A stretch of DNA of 64,000 nucleotides from Verrucomicrobiia bacterium (GTDB taxonomy: Bacteria > Verrucomicrobiota > Verrucomicrobiia > Limisphaerales > UBA1319), in assembly GCA_963664225.1 (NCBI GenBank), contig OY760937.1, positions 1,696,001-1,760,000 of the forward strand, in the 5' to 3' direction. Below, piece after piece: positions 21,001 through 31,369 of the stretch (position 1 is its first letter; each line of letters begins with the position of its first letter). Position numbers and translations under genes: made by a program. The notes under the pieces were generated by a model, which saw nothing but the letters and a program-made list of their open reading frames with translations, had not been told where the DNA came from and searched no databases.

Positions 21001-22171
21001 GCAGGCGCTTGGTGCGCGTGCGCGGATTGTAACGGCTGATGCGCGCCAGGCCCGTATCCACAACGAACCGGATGCCGGGAACCGTCAGGGAAGTTTCGGC
21101 GATGTTTGTGGCGACCACAATCTTGCGCCGTCGTGAGGGGGAAAAGACCCGTTGCTGGTCTTCAATCGACAGGCGGCCAAACAGCGGCACCAGTTCGGCG
21201 GAACCGCCCAGACTGTTCTTCAAGCAATCGCAGGTTTCGAGAATGTCGCGTTCGGTCGGCATGAACACCAGCACATCGCCTTCGCCGGGCTCGGTGGCCA
21301 GGTCCTCGACAGCCCGGATGGCGGCATCCACGTAATCGCTATCCTCCAATTCCTCGCCGGTTTCTGACGGCGGCGCGTGAATGACATCCACGGGATACAT
21401 GCGTCCGGAGACTTCAATGATGGGCGCGTTGTCGAACGCCTTCGAAAACGAATCGGTGTCGATGGTGGCCGAGGTGATGATCACCTTCAGATCGTCACGC
21501 TGCTTCATCAGGTTGCGCAACAGGCCAAGCAGGAAATCGATGTTCAGGGAGCGTTCGTGAGCTTCATCGATGATGATCACCTCGTAATCGCTCAGAAACG
21601 GATCGGCCTGCGCCTCGGCCAGGAGGATGCCGTCGGTCATGAACTTGATGTAAGTCTCGGGCCCGGTCTGGTCCGAGAACCGGAATTTGCAGCCGACCTC
21701 GCGGCCCAGTTCCAGGTCCAGCTCCTCGGTGAGCCGCCGGGCCAGGGAGAGCGCGGCCACACGCCGGGGCTGGGTGCAACCGATCATGGCGCGCACGCCG
21801 TAACCAGCCTCAATGCACATCTTGGGTAATTGCGTGGTCTTGCCTGAACCGGTTTCTCCGGCGATCACCAGAACAGGATGTTTGCGAAGCGCCTCCACGA
21901 TTTCCTGGCGTCGCGCGGTAATCGGCAACGCCGGAGGGTAGCTCAGCGAGGGAAGGTTTTTCTGGCGCTCATGACGCAGGGCCTCCGAATTCCGGGCCGC
22001 GCCAAGCCAGCGCTCCAGTGGCGCACGCACGGTGACACCGCGGCGACGCCCATCGAGCCACCGGGCCAATGGCACGCCAATCCGCAACTGGTCCCTGAGC
22101 AGGCCCAGCGGCAGCAGACGCTTCAGCTCGCCAATCATGGCGGCTTCATCCATTCCCGACGTATTTGTCAA
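18089..22171 (-). CDS. hrpA: ATP-dependent RNA helicase HrpA
   Basis: GETGSGKTTQLPK, DEAH, SAT, QRKGRCGR, C-terminal EEFKVSCFAQELGT; exact start uncertain. Confidence 0.93.
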   Translation of the reverse strand: MTNTSGMDEAAMIGELKRLLPLGLLRDQLRIGVPLARWLDGRRRGVTVRAPLERWLGAARNSEALRHERQKNLPSLSYPPALPITARRQEIVEALRKHPVLVIAGETGSGKTTQLPKMCIEAGYGVRAMIGCTQPRRVAALSLARRLTEELDLELGREVGCKFRFSDQTGPETYIKFMTDGILLAEAQADPFLSDYEVIIIDEAHERSLNIDFLLGLLRNLMKQRDDLKVIITSATIDTDSFSKAFDNAPIIEVSGRMYPVDVIHAPPSETGEELEDSDYVDAAIRAVEDLATEPGEGDVLVFMPTERDILETCDCLKNSLGGSAELVPLFGRLSIEDQQRVFSPSRRRKIVVATNIAETSLTVPGIRFVVDTGLARISRYNPRTRTKRLPVEPVSQSSANQRKGRCGRVAQGVCIRLYAEEDFQGRPPYTQPEIQRANLAEVILRMKAFHMGEIETFPFINPPAPAAIQSGYLLLQELAALDERKELTELGRELAHLPVDPTIGRMILQARHEGALPEVLIIAAGLSIQDPRERPLDKQDAANAAQKKFLDPRSDFLSLLNIWNAYHDSMDSLKTQSQLRRFCKTHFLSYPRMREWRDIHFQLRDALADISDTAVSKTPATFDAIHRSILTGLWGHVAAKKERNFYTLAGNRIAMVFPGSGIFNRNETSHSKRGKEAPDKQSGDKTAQPKWIVSGEILETSRLFVRTVAEINPQWIVDLGGHVTRRTVRDPRWDGLSGRVLATERLTLNGLEVLERSIPYGQENPAEATAIFARSALVENGLLDHFKPRAGRSVRAPIAHAAAGEQAEFEAEGTHDFSRLAGQLRFLEHNHQLRQKIEIWQTRLSQRVAADLEELFFQYYVQRIENVSSVADLNRVMRERITGDPQFLRMMPADLLGDKAAAFESGEFPDTLDVGERSVPLAYAYAPGKESDGVTVRLPAPLAQVIDPGLLDWVVPGLREPQILHLLQALPKDLRRTLMPLPPKAKEMAQAVVPEGKTFLPALIAFIRDRYGVIVPAQSWNIDLLPPHLRPRFEIVDKDEKTLASGRDLTALRVQLESHDTTAETAAWRKAVEQWERYGLSDWSFSDLPEDIVVADIAGFPLHAHPGLQIEGDDICLRLFQKPAEAEASHLAGVIRLAERQLLRELAWIEKDLRVLKQWKPYLVTMGTLDDLEEAALVNLKNHLLRVSPPAPRTAAAFAALLENIRSQIPGLVTRFSTLIGEILKLRHEVLICRTTYPDMRQDLDSLLPQQFPRFIPFGRLAHVPRYLKAMIIRGQRASVNSSKDLEKAARMRPYVENLRAFLRSPSIPPAARGPLSELYWMTEEFKVSCFAQELGTAEPVSTQKLDQKIASIKAMIRA

Positions 22172-22322
22172 ACGCGCGCCAGCCTAGCACGTCCATGCGA
22201 ATCGCAACAAACGCTATTTTATCGAAAGCTGTAATTGAAAAGGTGCGCCGCTTTGAAAAAAAAGAAATCGCGGCCTGTGCGAAGCGAAAAGAATTTTACC
22301 TCCAGGGATGCGTCCCTCCTGC

Positions 22323-22357
22323 AAAAAAACGGCGCGAACTTTTAAGGGTCCGCGCCG
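22323..22357 (-). terminator. Rho-independent terminator after glnA
   Basis: Minus strand cggcgcggac..gttcgcgccg followed by T7. Confidence 0.75.
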
Positions 22358-22429
22358 CTGGAGTGCAGCAGTTCAAGGCGCCGTCTCTTCCCGACGCCTT
22401 TGTCTGACCTAACCATTAACCACTAACCA

Positions 22430-23842
22430 CTAAGCATCGTAATACATGAAGAATTCGTAGGGATGCGGACGCAGGCGCAGTGCGTCATGCTCCTTGCGCT
22501 TGGTGGCGGTCCACATTTCGAGGAAGTCCTTCGAGAACACGTCGCCCTTGAGCAGGAATTCGTGATCCTTCTCCAGACATTCGAGGGCTTCGCCCAGGCT
22601 GCCGGGAACGTTGGGAACCTTCTTGAGTTCCTCGGGGGGCAGCTCATAGATGTTCTTATCCAGGGGTTCGCCCGGATCAATTTTGTTAAGGACGCCATCC
22701 AGACCGGCCAGCAGCAGCGCGGCATTGGCCAGATAAATGTTCGCGGAGGGATCCGGCGGGCGGTATTCGATGCGCTTGGCCTTGGGATTCTCGCTGTAGG
22801 TCGGGATGCGCACCGCGGCGCTACGATTGCGGGAGCTGTAGGCCAGGTTCACGGGGGCCTCGTAGCCTGGGACCAAACGCTTGTAGCTGTTGGTGGTGGG
22901 GCTGCAGATGGCGCACAGGGCGCGCGCATGCTTGAGGATGCCGCCGATGTAGTGGATGGCCATCTGGCTCAGGCCGGCATACTCGCTGCCGGTGAACAGG
23001 GGCTTGCCCTTTTTCCAGAGGGACATGTGGACGTGCATTCCCGAGCCGTTATCGCCAAACAGGGGCTTGGGCATAAATGTGGCCGTCTTGCCGTGTCTGG
23101 CGGCGACATTTCGCACCACATACTTATAGACCATCAAGTTGTCGGCGGTCTTGACCAGGGTGTTAAACCGCATGTCGATCTCCGCCTGGCCCGCGGTGGC
23201 CACTTCGTGGTGATGACGCTCGATCTTGACGCCCAATTGCTCCATGAGCATGCACATCTCGGTGCGGATGTCCTGCTGTGTATCGGCAGGCCCGACGGGG
23301 AAGTAACCCTCTTTGTAGCGGATCTTGTAGCCCTGGTTGGGCATTTCATCGCGGCCCGAATTCCAGATGCCTTCGCCCGAATCCACGCTGTAGAAGGTGC
23401 CGTTGGTCTTGGAATCGTACTGGACGTTGTCGAAGATGAAGAACTCGGCCTCAGGACCGAAGTAGGCCGTGTCGGCCAGGCCCGTGCTGATGAGGTATTT
23501 CTCCGCCTTCTGGGCCATGCCGCGCGGATCCCGGGAGTAAGGCTCCAGGGTGCCGGTCTCGGCGATGGTACAGGTCAGGGAGAGGGTCGGAACCGCGCAG
23601 AATGGATCCATGAAGGCGGTGTCCGCATCGGGCATGGCCAGCATGTCCGAGGCTTCGATGGATTTCCATCCGCGAATCGACGATCCGTCGAATCCGAGAC
23701 CTTCGGTGAACGACTCTTCATTCAGTTCGTCGATTGGCATCGTGAAGTGCTGCCAGACTCCGAAGGTGTCCACAAACTTTATGTCCACCATCTTGGCCTC
23801 TTTTTTGCGGGCCAACTCAAGTACACTTTTTGCTGTGCTCAT
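22430..23842 (-). CDS. glnA: Glutamine synthetase type I
   Basis: [42 protein letters not shown] adenylylation-site region. Confidence 0.97.
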   Translation of the reverse strand: MSTAKSVLELARKKEAKMVDIKFVDTFGVWQHFTMPIDELNEESFTEGLGFDGSSIRGWKSIEASDMLAMPDADTAFMDPFCAVPTLSLTCTIAETGTLEPYSRDPRGMAQKAEKYLISTGLADTAYFGPEAEFFIFDNVQYDSKTNGTFYSVDSGEGIWNSGRDEMPNQGYKIRYKEGYFPVGPADTQQDIRTEMCMLMEQLGVKIERHHHEVATAGQAEIDMRFNTLVKTADNLMVYKYVVRNVAARHGKTATFMPKPLFGDNGSGMHVHMSLWKKGKPLFTGSEYAGLSQMAIHYIGGILKHARALCAICSPTTNSYKRLVPGYEAPVNLAYSSRNRSAAVRIPTYSENPKAKRIEYRPPDPSANIYLANAALLLAGLDGVLNKIDPGEPLDKNIYELPPEELKKVPNVPGSLGEALECLEKDHEFLLKGDVFSKDFLEMWTATKRKEHDALRLRPHPYEFFMYYDA

Positions 23843-23973
23843 TTGTTTGTTATTTCTTTGGTTCTTAGAGTTGCGCCGCCGGGCGGTTCGGGTGTTTCCA
23901 CCCTGACCTGGCCCGGCGGCGCTGAATTTTATTTAATCGATTGTTGTTGAGTGTTTTTGTTCAGGTTCAAAGG

Positions 23974-25521
23974 TCAGCTATGGTAACCTTCCTCACCGTG
24001 TTCGACCAGATCCAGACCGATGGTCTCCTCGTCTTCATCAGGCCGTAATCCAATGACCGCCTTGACGATGAACGCGATGACTGTGGTTCCCACAATCGCC
24101 AGCACCAGGGTGATGCCGATGGCCTTGACTTGCTCCAGCCACAAGGTCTTCCCGACGATGTCCTTGAGGTTGGTCAGGAGGTTGGCGTTGACATCAGCAG
24201 TCGCCAGCACACCCGTAAGGAACGCACCGAGTGTTCCGCCCACGGCGTGAACGCCGAAGGTGTCCAGCGCGTCGTCGTAACCGATCCAGCCCTTGAGCTT
24301 GAAGCAGGCGAAGAAGGGAATCAAACCAGCGGCGATGCCGATGATGATCGATCCTGTGGTATTCACGAAACCAGTGGCGGGCGTGATCACAACCAGACCG
24401 GCGACCGCGCCGGAGCAGAAGCCCAGCACGCTGGGTTTGCCCTTGATGATGTATTCCGCCATGGCCCATGTGAATGAGGCAACCGCAGTCGCCAGTGTGG
24501 TGGTCATGAACGCGTTGGCCGCGATACCATCAGCCGCCACGGCGCTGCCGGCGTTAAACCCGTACCAACCCACCCAGAGCATGCCAGTGCCGACCATGCA
24601 CAAAACCATGCTGTGCGGGGGCATCGGTTCCTTGGGGAAACCCAGGCGCTTGCCCAGGATGATGCACAGAATCAACGCCGACCAACCCGAGGACATATGC
24701 ACCACGGTGCCGCCCGCGAAGTCAATCGCCTTGATGGTGGCCTTGGCGTTCCACACGCCGTTCATCATGCCGTTGATACCCCACACCATGTGGGCCAGCG
24801 GGAAGTAAACCACGAACATCCACAGTGTGACGAACAGGAGGATGGCCGAGAATTTCATGCGTTCCGCAATCGCGCCAATGATCAGGGCCGGTGTGATGAT
24901 CGCGAACATCAATTGATACATCGAGAACACGTTGTGCGAGACCCAGTAGGAGTAATTGGTGTTGGGGTTCGAATCGACTCCGCTCAGGAACGCGAACTTG
25001 AGATTCCCCAGGATGCCGCCGATCATGTCGTCGCCATCGGCGAAGATCAGGCTGTAACCGCAGAGCCACCACAAGATGCTCACCAGGCCGGCGATGCCCA
25101 AACATTGGGCCAGCACGGAGAGAACATTCTTGCGGCGCACCAGGCCGCCGTAGAATAGTGCCAGACCAGGCAATGTCATGAACAGCACAAGAGCCGAGGA
25201 GGTCATCATCCAGCCGTTATGGCCCGGACCCGCGCCGCTGACCTTGCTGCTGACTTTGGCGTCCGCTGCGTCCGAACCCCGCGCGCCGTTATTCACATAC
25301 GCCTCAAGGTCGGCCAACCGTTGCTCCACATTGGGTTCGGCCTTGGCCGCTACCGCGTTGGTTGCTGCGGCGGCGGTTGTGGCCGCTACCGCATTTGTGA
25401 CCGCGCTAACTGCATCTGTGACCGCCGCTGCTGCGTTCGTGGCGGCGTCCTCAGACCGTCCCACTGTCAACGACAGTGCCAGAGCGGCGAGGACCCATAC
25501 CTTTAATATAATGTTCTTCAT
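23974..25521 (-). CDS. amtB: Ammonium transporter
   Basis: Start at MKNII (25521); LVLFMTLPGLALFYGG, DFAGGTVVH, GWYGFN, DDALDTFGVH, EHGEEGY. Confidence 0.95.
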   Translation of the reverse strand: MKNIILKVWVLAALALSLTVGRSEDAATNAAAAVTDAVSAVTNAVAATTAAAATNAVAAKAEPNVEQRLADLEAYVNNGARGSDAADAKVSSKVSGAGPGHNGWMMTSSALVLFMTLPGLALFYGGLVRRKNVLSVLAQCLGIAGLVSILWWLCGYSLIFADGDDMIGGILGNLKFAFLSGVDSNPNTNYSYWVSHNVFSMYQLMFAIITPALIIGAIAERMKFSAILLFVTLWMFVVYFPLAHMVWGINGMMNGVWNAKATIKAIDFAGGTVVHMSSGWSALILCIILGKRLGFPKEPMPPHSMVLCMVGTGMLWVGWYGFNAGSAVAADGIAANAFMTTTLATAVASFTWAMAEYIIKGKPSVLGFCSGAVAGLVVITPATGFVNTTGSIIIGIAAGLIPFFACFKLKGWIGYDDALDTFGVHAVGGTLGAFLTGVLATADVNANLLTNLKDIVGKTLWLEQVKAIGITLVLAIVGTTVIAFIVKAVIGLRPDEDEETIGLDLVEHGEEGYHS

Positions 25522-25561
25522 ATAGTCCGATGTTTCGAATTGGTTTGTTGATCGTCCAACT

Positions 25562-25909
<348 letters not shown>

Positions 25910-26012
25910 TTATTGAGATTTTTGTTTGTCAGTTACCAGTTACCTATCCATCCGTTACCAAACCGTCTGTTTCTGTTGATCGCACCGCGCTTGTGCGTTC
26001 GCAGGGGGTCTA

Positions 26013-26028
26013 AGCAGCGGGCGTGCCA
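26013..26028 (-). promoter_or_regulatory. Sigma-54 (-24/-12) promoter of glnK-amtB-glnA
   Basis: Minus strand TGGCAC-GCCCG-CTGCT matches TGGCAC-N5-TTGC(A/T) with correct GG-N10-GC spacing, ~110 bp upstream of glnK. Confidence 0.8.
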
Positions 26029-26207
26029 CCATGAAATATGAGCCAGAACTATTGTTGTATAATACTGTATTGGAATAGTTTACATAAGTATCTAAAAGCG
26101 CGCACCGCCGGTTGTGGCGTTTTGAACTGTTGCTTTTTGACCACCTTGTCGAATTAGGGCCAGACCAGCGGGATTGATTTCAGCTCCAGGCCTGCCCATA
26201 GTCGGCC

Positions 26208-28559
26208 ATGCGCCTGAATAATCGTTTGCTGGCCGTGTTGTGCTCCACCGTGCTGTTTTCGGTGTGGAGTCTGGCGGCGGAGCCGGAGCCGGTGTTTTTT
26301 GCCACGAAGCTCGATGAGATCGAGGCGGCCATTGTCTCGACCATCAAGGAGGGGGAAACGCCCGGCGCGGTTTTCTGGCTGGAACGCAACGGAACGAGTT
26401 TTCACCATGCCTACGGGGAGCGGGCGATTGTGCCGGAGCGGGAGTTTAATTCCGAGGATACGATTTACGATGCGGCCTCCCTGACGAAGTCCCTGGCAAC
26501 GGCCCCGGCAATACTGCTTTTGATCGAGCGCGGCCAGTTGCAGTTGGACGCGCCGGTGAGCCGGTATCTGACGAACTTCACGGGCGGGGGCAAGGAGGCG
26601 ATCACCGTGCGCCATTTGCTGACCCACACTTCAGGGTTGCGACCCGGCATCGGCAATGAGCCGCCGTGGACGGGTGTGGAGAGCGCGATGCAACTGGCCT
26701 GCGCGGAACAGGTGACGGCCCCACCGGGAACCATTTTTCGCTACAGCGACATCAATTTCATCGTGCTGGGGGAAATGGTGCGGGTGGTGAGCGGTCACCG
26801 ATTGGATGAGTTTTGCGCTCAGGAAATTTATGGGCCCCTGAAGATGAAGGATACCGGGTTTCTGCCTTCGACGAATCGGCTCGCGCGCATCGCCCCCACG
26901 GAGCTGGTGGAAGGCCGGATGCTGCGGGGCGTGGTGCATGATCCCACGTCCCGGCGCATGGGCGGCGTGGCCGGACACGCGGGGCTGTTCACGACCGCGG
27001 CGGACATGGCCCGTTACGTCCGGATGCTTTTGAACGAGGGCAGTCTGGAGGGCGTGCAAGTCTTCAAGCCGGAAACGGTGCGGTTGATGACTTCGGTGCA
27101 GTCGCCTGCGGCCGTCGAGAGTCGGCGTGGTTTGGGTTTGGACATCGATTCGGGTTACAGCCGTCCGCGCGGCCGGTTGTACCCGATTGGCTCTTTTGGC
27201 CACACCGGTTGGACCGGCACCTGCCTCTGGATCGATCCGTTTTCCAAGACCTTCTGGATCTTCCTCTCGAACCGGGTGCATCCCAAGGGCGAAGGCAATG
27301 TTCTGGATCTCGAAGGCCGGCTGGGAACGCTGACGGCCGAGGCGGTGATCGGTTTCAATTTCGCGTATGTGCCCGGAGCGTTGGCCGCGCGGACAACGTC
27401 GGTTTCCACGGCACAGGCGCCGCTGGTCACGCGGCAGGTCCTCAATGGCATCGATGTTCTGGAGAAGCAGAATTTTGCGCCCCTCAAGGGACTGCGCATC
27501 GGCTTGATCGCCAATCACACGGCGGTGGACCGTCAGCACCGTTCGACCATCGACCTGCTCAAGGCGTCCACGAATCTGACTCTGAAGGTGTTGTTCAGTC
27601 CGGAGCATGGGATTCGCGGGGAGCACGATGAAAAGATCGGAGACAGCGTGGATGAAAAGACGGGGCTGCCGGTTTACAGCCTTTACGGGGAACATCGCCA
27701 GCCCCTGCCGGAACAATTGAAGGACCTGGACGCGCTGGTGTTCGAGATCCAGGACATTGGCTGCCGGTTTTACACCTATATTTCCACGTTGGGCCTGTGC
27801 ATGGAGGCGGCCGGGCAGGCGCATCTGAAATTCTTCGTGCTCGATCGCGTCAATCCAATCGATGGACTGGACATCGACGGACCGGTGTGGAACGGGGCGC
27901 GTTCGTTCACGGCGTTTCACAAGATACCCGTGCGGCACGGGATGACAGTGGGCGAACTGGCCCGGATGTATAACGCGGAATGCGATTTCAAGGCCGATCT
28001 GCAGGTGATTCCCGTGGAAGGCTGGAAACGGGAGTTCTGGTTCGATCAGACGATGCTGCCGTGGATCAATCCCTCGCCGAACATGCGCAGTCTGCCTGCG
28101 GCGATTCTCTATCCGGGCGTCTGTCTGCTGGAGGCCGCGGAGCTTTCCATGGGCCGGGGAACGGACAGGCCGTTTGAAATGATCGGCGCGCCGTATATCA
28201 ATGATGTGACACTGTCAGCGGAGTTGAACCGCGCGGGACTGCCGGGAGTGCGGTTTGTGCCGGTGCGTTTCACCCCAACCGCGAGTGTGTTCAAGGACAA
28301 GCCGTGCGGCGGGGTCTCGATTTTGCTGACGGATCGGGAGACGTGCCCCGTGCTCGATCTGGGTCTGGTGTTGGCGCGTACGCTGCACCGGCTCTATCCA
28401 AAGGATTTTACTCTGGAAAGAATGAACAACCTCCTGGGCGACACGCAAACCCTTGAGATGATCAAATCGGGCAAGTCCAACGCAGAAATCAAAGCCGCAT
28501 GGAAAAGCCCTCTCGACGATTTTAAAAAGCGACGCGCCGCGTTCTTGATTTATAAGTAG
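26208..28559 (+). CDS. Serine hydrolase (beta-lactamase fold) fused to exo-beta-N-acetylmuramidase NamZ (DUF1343) domain
   Basis: SLTK (SxxK), YSD, HTG in the N-half; NGIDVL..LFSPEHG..SLYG..IQDIGCRFYTY..RHGMTVGELA..PSPNM in the C-half. Confidence 0.88.
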   Translation: MRLNNRLLAVLCSTVLFSVWSLAAEPEPVFFATKLDEIEAAIVSTIKEGETPGAVFWLERNGTSFHHAYGERAIVPEREFNSEDTIYDAASLTKSLATAPAILLLIERGQLQLDAPVSRYLTNFTGGGKEAITVRHLLTHTSGLRPGIGNEPPWTGVESAMQLACAEQVTAPPGTIFRYSDINFIVLGEMVRVVSGHRLDEFCAQEIYGPLKMKDTGFLPSTNRLARIAPTELVEGRMLRGVVHDPTSRRMGGVAGHAGLFTTAADMARYVRMLLNEGSLEGVQVFKPETVRLMTSVQSPAAVESRRGLGLDIDSGYSRPRGRLYPIGSFGHTGWTGTCLWIDPFSKTFWIFLSNRVHPKGEGNVLDLEGRLGTLTAEAVIGFNFAYVPGALAARTTSVSTAQAPLVTRQVLNGIDVLEKQNFAPLKGLRIGLIANHTAVDRQHRSTIDLLKASTNLTLKVLFSPEHGIRGEHDEKIGDSVDEKTGLPVYSLYGEHRQPLPEQLKDLDALVFEIQDIGCRFYTYISTLGLCMEAAGQAHLKFFVLDRVNPIDGLDIDGPVWNGARSFTAFHKIPVRHGMTVGELARMYNAECDFKADLQVIPVEGWKREFWFDQTMLPWINPSPNMRSLPAAILYPGVCLLEAAELSMGRGTDRPFEMIGAPYINDVTLSAELNRAGLPGVRFVPVRFTPTASVFKDKPCGGVSILLTDRETCPVLDLGLVLARTLHRLYPKDFTLERMNNLLGDTQTLEMIKSGKSNAEIKAAWKSPLDDFKKRRAAFLIYK

Positions 28560-28621
28560 GGATGGTCCTTGGTCGGAAAAAGGGGGCAGGAGGGCGGCGG
28601 ACGGAAGTCCGAGCATCAATA

Positions 28622-30480
28622 CGCACTTTACCCCGCTTAAAAACAAGAAATCTCCAATAGAATCAAGGGTGTGGAGCTCATTTTGAATTTCAACAAAATG
28701 GCTACAGCTTGATTCCGAGCAGATTCAGGATTTCCTGCTGCTGTTCGTTGGGCTGAGAGATTTGCTCAAAGTGCACGCCGCCCACGCTGACTTGTTGTTT
28801 GCGGATGCCGCGCAAATGCTCAATCACATTTTCCATGGTCCATTGACGTTTCTTTCCTTTGCCATCCTTTTCAAAGAGCGGCTGCAATCGTTGCTTCATG
28901 TGCCAGTAAACGTAATAGGCGAGCATGCATAAAAACACATGGCTGCGGATGCGATCATCCTTTTTGTGATACACCGGCCGAATCTCCAGGGCCACGGTCT
29001 TGAGGGTGCGGAAGGCCTGCTCGACAAAGGTGAGGCTTTTGTAGGTGGCCACCACTTGGGCCGTCTTCATCTGGCTTTCCGTCACGGTGGTGGTAATAAT
29101 GTAACAGCCGTCCAGCAGTTGTTCCTGCCCGATGGCTTCCTGCTTCAAATGGTATTCCAGCCGCCCCTCTTTAACCTCCCAGTGGATGAATTTACCCATT
29201 TTGTATTTTTCCAGCAGCCGCCCCACCTGGGAACCGAGTTTCTCAGGGGTCCTTTTTTTCTTGGGCTCGACGAGCTTGTCCATACCCTGGCGGGTGAGCT
29301 CGAGCAACCGTTGGCGGGTGGCCGTTTCCCGGGCCTGAGTGTCTGGATTGCGGCAGAGACAATAGCGCTGGCCGGGCTTGTCCGGGTCGGTCACCTCGGC
29401 GATCTTCTTTTCGTCGAACAATTCGAGTTGGATGACTTTGCGCTCCAGCAGTTCGAACATCTGCCGATGGGTCAGCGCGCTGAGCGTGTGCAGGCCCTGG
29501 ACCTTTTCAAGCTTCTGCGCGTTGGCCTGGGTGATCATGCCCCGGTCGCCCACGAAGGTCACCTCGCTCAAACCGTATTCACGGCGCAGCTCCTGGATTT
29601 TATCGATCACCGTCTGGGCATCCTGCGTGTTGCCCGCAAAGAGTTCGATGCCCACCGGACAGCCCCGCTCGTCGCAGAGCAAACCCAGGACCACCTGCTC
29701 GTGTCCGCTCTTGCAGTCCCGGTTGTAGCCGAAAAGCACGACGTCGCTTTGCTCGTAGGCCCCCTCAAAATAGCTGCTGGTGATGTCGTAGAGCACGACA
29801 TGGCCATTGCGCAGATGTTTTTTGGCCAGGGCTTTTTGAATGGCCTCCTGGCGCTCCAGCAACCGGTCCATCGGCCGGTAGCAGTGGTCTTCAACATCCA
29901 CCTCGCCAGTGACCCCGCAGATCTCCCACAGAGCGCTGTTTTTGGTCTGGTGGGACAGGGCCAGTTTGCTGCCCGCATAAACCACCCGGCCAGCAATCAT
30001 GGCCAGGCAATCCCGGACCCACGGCTCGTTGCGGGAGTAAAGAATGGTGTCCAAACCCAATTGGCGGGCCGTTTCCACAACGGCATGGCTGGCCCCGTAT
30101 TCCCTGGAATCGGTGCATTGGAAGGCGTTGGGATCCTCCTTGGGGACGACCTTGCCCTGAAAGGCGGCCTGGATCAGCTTGAGCTGGTCCAGGGACACGC
30201 CGGTGATGCGCCCGTGCTGGGTGTGTTTGACAGCTTGGGTGTCGGAGTCGCGGTAGGAAGAGCGGATCAGGCCGATGGGATTGGCCCTGTGGCTTTGGAT
30301 TTCGAGGTGGAAACGCTTGCCGGACTTCATAATGGCCACATAATACGTTACGTGCGTTTTATAGTCAAATATAATATCGATATATGTATGGCTACATATG
30401 AACTATTACATTCCCCCTCAATCCCTTGCGTTTAAAGGCGATAAGCCCGATTGGCGGCTAATTTAAGGGGGTAAAGTGCG
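28622..30480 (-). mobile_element. IS1634-family insertion sequence (1859 bp)
   Basis: Terminal inverted repeats CGCACTTTACCCC (from 28622) and GGGGTAAAGTGCG (to 30480); 6-bp direct repeat TCAATA at 28616-28621 and 30481-30486. Confidence 0.92.
28702..30339 (-). CDS. IS1634-family DDE transposase
   Basis: LYDITSSYFEG, GYNRD, VGDRGM, YKSL..VEQAFRTLK, IRPVYH, HVFLCMLAY. Confidence 0.92.
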   Translation of the reverse strand: MAIMKSGKRFHLEIQSHRANPIGLIRSSYRDSDTQAVKHTQHGRITGVSLDQLKLIQAAFQGKVVPKEDPNAFQCTDSREYGASHAVVETARQLGLDTILYSRNEPWVRDCLAMIAGRVVYAGSKLALSHQTKNSALWEICGVTGEVDVEDHCYRPMDRLLERQEAIQKALAKKHLRNGHVVLYDITSSYFEGAYEQSDVVLFGYNRDCKSGHEQVVLGLLCDERGCPVGIELFAGNTQDAQTVIDKIQELRREYGLSEVTFVGDRGMITQANAQKLEKVQGLHTLSALTHRQMFELLERKVIQLELFDEKKIAEVTDPDKPGQRYCLCRNPDTQARETATRQRLLELTRQGMDKLVEPKKKRTPEKLGSQVGRLLEKYKMGKFIHWEVKEGRLEYHLKQEAIGQEQLLDGCYIITTTVTESQMKTAQVVATYKSLTFVEQAFRTLKTVALEIRPVYHKKDDRIRSHVFLCMLAYYVYWHMKQRLQPLFEKDGKGKKRQWTMENVIEHLRGIRKQQVSVGGVHFEQISQPNEQQQEILNLLGIKL

Positions 30481-30579
30481 TCAATAGCCAACATCGAACA
30501 GCCAACGCTCAATATCGATTAACGCCAGGGTTGGCTCGGCGGGAGCATCGCCCTACCCGCAAAGGGGCAAAGGCGGAAA

Positions 30580-31023
30580 TCAGCGTGGAGTCATGGAGGC
30601 GATGGGATTCCAAACGCGGGCGAAGCCAAGGTTCTCAAAATCCCTGACATTGGCTGTGGCAAAATCGGTCACTCCATGGGATTGAAGAGTGCGGGCGAGA
30701 CGCAGGTCGATGATGCGCCGCCGGGCAAAATCCGGACGGGCCGTTTCCTGCCAAATGCCGTCCATGACTTCAGCGTTTTCAACCAGCGCCCATCTGGGAT
30801 GGCGGCGAAAGAGCTGGCATTCCGCAACCGCTTCAACAGCCCCAAGCGGAGGGGAAATGACAGCCGGATTGCGCATGGCCATGTAAAACTCCACCAGCAC
30901 AAGTTCAGCAATCACAACCTGGGAATCGTCCCGCAAACCATCGAGAAAGGCTGCGGCTTCAGAACGCCAGGGAGAATGTGCCACCCGGGCGTAAATCAAA
31001 ATGTTGGTGTCAATGCCTATCAT
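30580..31023 (-). CDS. PIN-domain (VapC-like) toxin
   Basis: IDTNILIYA, E in LVEFY, IIDLRLA, TANVRDF. Confidence 0.88.
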   Translation of the reverse strand: MIGIDTNILIYARVAHSPWRSEAAAFLDGLRDDSQVVIAELVLVEFYMAMRNPAVISPPLGAVEAVAECQLFRRHPRWALVENAEVMDGIWQETARPDFARRRIIDLRLARTLQSHGVTDFATANVRDFENLGFARVWNPIASMTPR

Positions 31024-31274
31024 GAAAGATGCGGCTCCATATCGGCTCGCACGGCATCACGCAGGGCTTCCGGATCCGTCATCAGGAGCTTTGCCTGAAT
31101 GGGGGGAGGGAACGTCCAACTCTCTCCGGAATCGCCCTTACACTTGGGGTAAGCGCGCGTAATGGCTTCGGCTCCCCGGCGGATGACTTCGGCGATGCTC
31201 CAGTCCTGCTCGCGGGCAACGCGTTGCACATCCCGGTAGAGCGGCTCAGGCAGTTGAATTTGCGTTCTTACCAT
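31020..31274 (-). CDS. RHH/CopG-like antitoxin
   Basis: MVRTQIQL..SIAEVIRR; 4-nt overlap with the PIN gene. Confidence 0.8.
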   Translation of the reverse strand: MVRTQIQLPEPLYRDVQRVAREQDWSIAEVIRRGAEAITRAYPKCKGDSGESWTFPPPIQAKLLMTDPEALRDAVRADMEPHLS

Positions 31275-31369
31275 ACATCAAACGTTAAGCGATTAAAGAA
31301 TGATGTCAAATGTGACGTGCAGAGGCTGTTTCCGAGGGAAGGCCCAGGGCTGGCGGTGGATGAACCACT

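Noticed and set aside
22409..22436. taaccat/taaccac heptamer run at the glnA stop
   Set aside because: Only ~4 imperfect copies; no evidence of function.
22463..23950. Long antisense ORFs over glnA (also over rpsA, shc, Gfo/Idh/MocA and the IS1634 transposase)
   Set aside because: Shadow frames typical of high-GC codon bias; no motifs.
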